Shown piece by piece: positions 37,380 to 42,311 of a stretch of 42,311 nucleotides of DNA; the stretch's first letter is position 1, and each line of letters begins with the position of its first letter. The position numbers were made by a program, and so were the translations under genes. Under the pieces are notes generated by a model. That model made no database searches and had not been told where the DNA came from. It saw only the letters and a list, made by a program, of their open reading frames with translations. The DNA comes from Octopus bimaculoides (lineage: Eukaryota): assembly GCF_001194135.2 (NCBI RefSeq), contig NC_068992.1, positions 32,227,312-32,269,622 on the forward strand, given 5' to 3'.

Positions 37380-37436
37380 ATCTTGAAACTGTTTCTGGGA
37401 TATCCCAAAATATGGGATATCCTGTCATCGGAGACA
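37380..37436 (-). ncRNA. Decayed hammerhead-like motif
   Basis: GUCU-CCGAUGA-CA-GGAUAUCCCA(UAUUU)UGGGAUAUCC-CA-GAAA-CAGUUUCA-AGAU: perfect 10-bp stem II, U4 to C, stem III broken. Confidence 0.45.
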
Positions 37437-38189
37437 CAAGGAAAATGTGAATAGTATAGGTCACGGAAACGATGAAATAAAGAACAGAAGAAATAACGAA
37501 ATGAAGAAAAATGTAACAAAAGTTCTCAGTTCAACTGTCCGATAGTGTAGATGCGAGTCCATAAGTCGTTAGAGACAATCCTATTTAAATCTAGGTATGA
37601 AAATAGTCTTCATAATGTAAATATTTAGAGAGAAGCATGATCATATCGATGGTTCGTATGAGAATAACAGAAGTGGATATTGAGGGATAAAGAGTAAGAA
37701 AAATAAGCAGAAAGAGAGAGGTATTGGTAGGGAAGCTGGCGGTACAAGGAGAGGAGAAGGAACTCAATTGACAGGTCATTGGCAAGGATTGGGAGGAAGA
37801 ATAAAATAAGGAATATAAAAATATAATGTGGTGAAACGGAGGGTTCATGGGTATTTTTATATTTTATATATATTTTTAAATAACTATATTTTGTTTATAT
37901 ATTCTTTTATATATTTTTATATTATTTTCTCTTTTCTGTGAATACTTTTTTGTATCTATACTTGTAAGACAAAATCTTTTGCTACTTAAGCAACCAGTAA
38001 AACATATATTTTTTACTTTGAAAACGGCTATTGACCTGGTTACTGGAGCTTTCATGTGTTATTGGTATTGTTGATTTTACTTGTTAAATTTTTTGTTATC
38101 GTTCAACTCGTTTTGCTTTTTCGTTACTGTCTATTTCGAAACACTTTCTCTGCTGTTAGCACAGTTGTTTTTGTGATAGTTCTTTCTCC

Positions 38190-40115
38190 TAAAGGGGTGA
38201 ACTGTTCTATTATTATGTATAAAAAGTTTTACACCATGAGTCAGGAAAACGCTGACCAGGAAAAACTATTAGAACTTCTTATCGACGAGGTAATAGACGA
38301 TATGTTCCCGGAATTAGAAAGTAATACAACCATTGAAATCGTAAATCGATACCAAATGGAGAAAGATGAGAATGACAAAGCAAACTTTGAGGCAATGGCT
38401 AGGATGAACATCGAAATTATAAATTTAAACTTGACTGAACTGGAAAAATTCAAATGCCCCATCAAATAAGAAGGAAGGAATGTAAAACTAACACCATCCG
38501 TTGAAGTTACGCATATGACCAAAAGAAAGACAATCGTTTACAAGATGTAATCGCTAAAGGAAAAACATGGCATCGAAGGGGGCCATAGAGAAGTGACTGC
38601 AGCCTAACTGGCAAGATAAAATCTACGTTTCATCGGTGGCAAATTTGCCACCGAGGAAGTCAAGTTCCCAACAGAAGAAATAGCCAGGTAACATTCCACA
38701 GCCTCCTTTATGTCATCAGATTTGTGCTCCTCCTCCTGGCTGACATTGCAAGGCCTATTTCCAAGGTAAATATGGAGGAAATACCACCAGAGATGGACGT
38801 AGCCTGACTGGTTGCGGCTATAAATTTAGACTGGGAGGATAAAATTACCATCCTCCAAGTAAAAAAGCCCACCAGCAGAATTAACCGGGACAGACCTTGG
38901 AGATATTAATTCAAGCAGCCTAGCAGGATTTAGAATACTCACCGACGATGTCATCATACCAGATGATATCAGACTGAGGGTTAAGGTGGAGGGACGTAAG
39001 CCTTGGTGCTACAAGTGTGGTCAAAAAGGTCGCATAAGGGCTGAATGCCCACCGACAGCCGCAACCCCNNNNNNNNNNCAAGCCACTACAACGGACGTCA
39101 ACCCACAGAAAACCACTATTGAGGAACAAACAACATGTAACGAACAAACAGAATACACCGACTAGACTAATGTTGCCCCCCCCCCCAAAAAAAAAGAAAG
39201 AAAAAATCCTCCTCCAACCCCCTTAGACACCAACACACACGCATCCGCTTCGTATGCTCAAGAACCACAAACCCCCCTCCCACCACCGATCAGAACATCT
39301 AACACCCACAGACACGAACGCATTTTTTTCTCACGTAAAAGCACCACAAACTCCACTCCGACAACCGCCCAAAACAATTATTAACCTAACATCCATTAAC
39401 ATGAATAACAATGAATTAAAAGGCAGGATAAAAAACAATAAAAACATAACATCATACAATACGGTTAACAATCCAAATATCCCCAAAATTGTACAAATAT
39501 TTAACATAAATAACATAACCTATGGACAATTAAAGACGATATACCCAGGAAATAAAAAAAAATTACCCGGACGCTTGTACAACCGATTCCTCAAAGGAGG
39601 CACCCCACAAACCACACCTCAAGACAATTAATAATGAGGTGGTTACCATCCCCATTCCTCAAAAACTAAAATCATAAGGAATCCTTGTCATGTTTGCACT
39701 TAATCTAAGATGTATAAATATACGTGGCCTGGGGTCGGATTGGAAACAAAACAGCCTCCTTAATGACCTCAGATCACATAGATTGGATTTAGTAGTTACT
39801 ACTAAAACTAGACTGAGTGGACTGCAAGATTTTCCACCCTTCCTAAATGGCTACAATAAATTTATTTCTCTAAGCCAACGTGGATGGAGAGGGGGAGTCG
39901 CTATTCAACTAAGGAGAAATTTGCATTTAGAAGTAAGAACATTCTTTATAGACCCGGAGGGCTTCTTGGTCGTATTTGATGTGATGCACAGCTGCGGTAT
40001 GTTCTTCAGGTTGGTGGCTGACTGTGCTCCCTGTGGACCAGGGCAGTCGGACTACTTCAGAAGCCTAGAGACATTTCTAGGGACATCGCACATTTTAGTG
40101 TTATTAAGTATGCTA
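38190..40115 (+). mobile_element. Tx1/L1-like LINE 5' half: decayed ORF1 with zinc knuckle and APE N-terminus
   Basis: VKVEGRKPWCYKCGQKGRIRAEC (CX2CX4[H to R]X4C) near 38990-39050. ORF 39690..40208 reads INIRGL..KQNSLLNDL..GGVAI..IDPEGFLVVFDV..FRLVADCAP..FRSLETFL. The start boundary is approximate. Confidence 0.8.
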
Positions 40116-40235
40116 GGACACAACAAACTCTTAAGCAAACCAAGTGCAGATATGAACACCATATGGGAACCGGTATTAAGGAAGAATATGAGAATATTAG
40201 ATTTATAAGCCCTAAAATTCACTCCATAATTGCCC

Positions 40236-40510
40236 ACGAGCATATGGTCTAGTGGTTAAGAGCGCGGGCTACTAAACCCAAGATTCTGAATTCGATTTCA
40301 GGCAATAATAATAATAATAATAATAACAACAACAACAACAACAGCATTGAAATATACCTTAGGAGTGTGAACCCAGGTTCGAAATTTCCCCAAGACACCT
40401 GATGAAGGCTGGAGGGTATATCAGACGAAACCTTGCGTTAACAACAAACAACACGAGGAGAAGATGTAAATAATGTACAAAATTCCTCATCTCTTAAATA
40501 TAGAACTGTA
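40236..40510 (+). mobile_element. tRNA-derived SINE with an (AAT)/(AAC) linker and a hammerhead-bearing tail
   Basis: A-box TGGTCTAGTGG (40245-40255), degenerate B-box GAATTCGATTTC (40288-40299), microsatellite linker, then the HHR motif. Confidence 0.75.
40394..40439 (+). ncRNA. Minimal type I hammerhead motif in the SINE tail (one mismatch per helix)
   Basis: GACAC-CUGAUGA-A-GGCUG(GAGGGUAUAU)CAGAC-GAAA-CC-UU-GCGUU. Confidence 0.65.
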
Positions 40511-42009
40511 CATCAAAATCATTCCGGCATTGTCCATTTCTTTGTTCATGGTAACCATTCTACATGTACAAAGTGAGACTGGACTGTTATTTCACCTCAT
40601 CTAGCACATTATCTAACACAGACTATAAAGTTTGAAATATTTCACAGAGATATATTTAATGATATTCTGTGTCTGAAGGAAGATACCTGTCGTTACTGTT
40701 CACTGACATTCCTTGCCTCCTATGTTTCTACTATCTCTCTTTAATGTAATGTGGCATGTCTGTAGCGACTTTTCTGCATTACAGAAACCTAATATTAGAC
40801 TGTAATGGCATTCGTTGAATAAAACCTTGCTAGAATGTTAGTATTACTACGAATTCGAATTACACTTTTCAAAAAAGTAAATATGCTCAGTATTCTGATG
40901 ACTAAATGTCTCAAAATTATTTCTGCTTAATGTTGTCCACTTTCTGAAATAGGACACGGTCTCTATACATTGGAACATTTTTATTTTCCAATATTTCAAA
41001 CTATTTTCATTATTGCATAATAAAAGACCGTCAAAAAGTTGCATATGGCGTATCTGAAGTTATTTGCAAGTTGTGACAATCATGAGGATGCTATTAGTTG
41101 CAGATGTGATATCTAATGTAAACCAGTGAAGGATATTATTTTATGCAACATACGTTTGGGCTTGTAAAGAAGACAGCTTCCGTATTTCGGTGTCTTCAAA
41201 CATTAAGCTACCGTTCAAAAAGCACGAATTCAGTGTAGTGTCACACCGACACATTACGGAAAATGCAATGATGCATATTTATATCTTGAATAATTATATA
41301 TTTATGAATCTCTCCCTCTTTAAACAGAAACTGTATGAAGGCAACGGTATCACAAGTAGGAGAAAGAGAACAAACTCAAAAGAAAAGTAGCATTTTCGAC
41401 GAAGCGACCACCGCGAATATTATCGCAGGTAGTAGAGAACACTAAAGAAAAATCTATATTACTTCATAAATTATCTGTTCCGTTAAGGAGGATAAATTTA
41501 ACTGTTGAAAATATTCAAAGAGTTAAGGAAGGACTTTTAAATTAGGTAGTCAGCTATTTTGAAACCCATTAATATATTAGCTTCCTTCAATTTACATTAT
41601 AATTGCGTTTAACCAAAGTTTGGTGGAAGTATATTTCGTAGTACAAGCAGCAAGTTTTTTCCCCACTGATATTTCTAATTGGATTCCTATTATCATTAAA
41701 TCATACAGACGGCAACTGTTATTATCATCTAACCATCTTAGTTCCAATATTAAGAACATAAAAGGTGTTAACTTTTTACACTCTGATACGTTGCACCAAC
41801 TGCAGTTCGTTTTCATTACAAACGATTATTTTATTCCTTTCCTTGCAATACTTGGACAGAAATTCATGGCTCAAGAGTATTCTAGTACCAATTAAGTTGA
41901 ATTGTCCTGCACTGTTTCTATAATTGTCACGTCATGTTCGTCGAATACTCAAAAATACAACTAATGATAATAATAATAATAATAATAATAATGATAATAA
42001 TAAAAATAA

Positions 42010-42311
42010 TAATTACGATACTATGAAAATGAAAATAACCGAAGAACTGAAAACCACAGATCTTAGAATGGACCACAGATTATATCTCCCAAAAATCAAA
42101 ATAGACAATAAAACAACATCAATAATAAATAGCATAAACCTGGCCGTCACGGAACTAACAACCACAGAAACAACAGGCAATATCACTGAGCTAAATGACA
42201 TGATATATGCGGCAGCCACTGCAGCCACAAAAGAAGCAGGATACTCACTCAAACCCTTCTGAACAGGAGTTCTACCACCCAAACAGACCTTGTGGATAAA
42301 TAACATCCAGA
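42010..42311 (+). mobile_element. R4/Dong-like LINE fragment (pre-RT region) starting from an (AAT)n tract, cut by window edge
   Basis: RLYLPKIKIDNKTTSIINSINLA...NITELNDMIYAAATA resembles the recalled LPKL...ITELN.LIYAAA block; preceded by (AAT)n at ~41961-42012. Confidence 0.7.

Noticed and set aside
40236-40305. tRNA gene
   Set aside because: The B-box is degenerate, there is no acceptor stem, and it is fused to a repeat tail; called as a SINE head instead.

Overview
This is AT-rich, gapped (10 N runs) eukaryotic genomic DNA made almost entirely of microsatellites and decayed transposable elements. I can support no host protein-coding gene, rRNA, true tRNA or CRISPR array. The SINE types and microsatellite profile resemble an octopod cephalopod genome; this is inference from recalled repeat families, not a search. 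Recognisable elements are one full-length but disabled RTE LINE (8104-12143, minus, with a candidate 11-bp TSD), several R4/Dong-like fragments mostly next to (AAT)n tracts, three Penelope-like (PLE) fragments (RT and GIY-YIG), a Tx1/L1-like 5' half, Tc1 and mariner fragments, and tRNA-derived SINEs. The unexplained signal is RNA structure. Six unrelated repeat families carry type I hammerhead ribozyme (HHR) motifs, at 2.8, 20.3-21.7, 28.3/28.7, 31.7/33.2, 37.4 and 40.4 kb. The strongest case is a ~490-nt tandem array with one HHR per unit, plus an inverted copy that is exactly one unit long and regenerates an intact ribozyme when its ends are joined, which is the architecture of a retrozyme or circular RNA. 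Three of the HHR families sit as divergent inverted pairs. All folds were done by eye and no activity has been shown.
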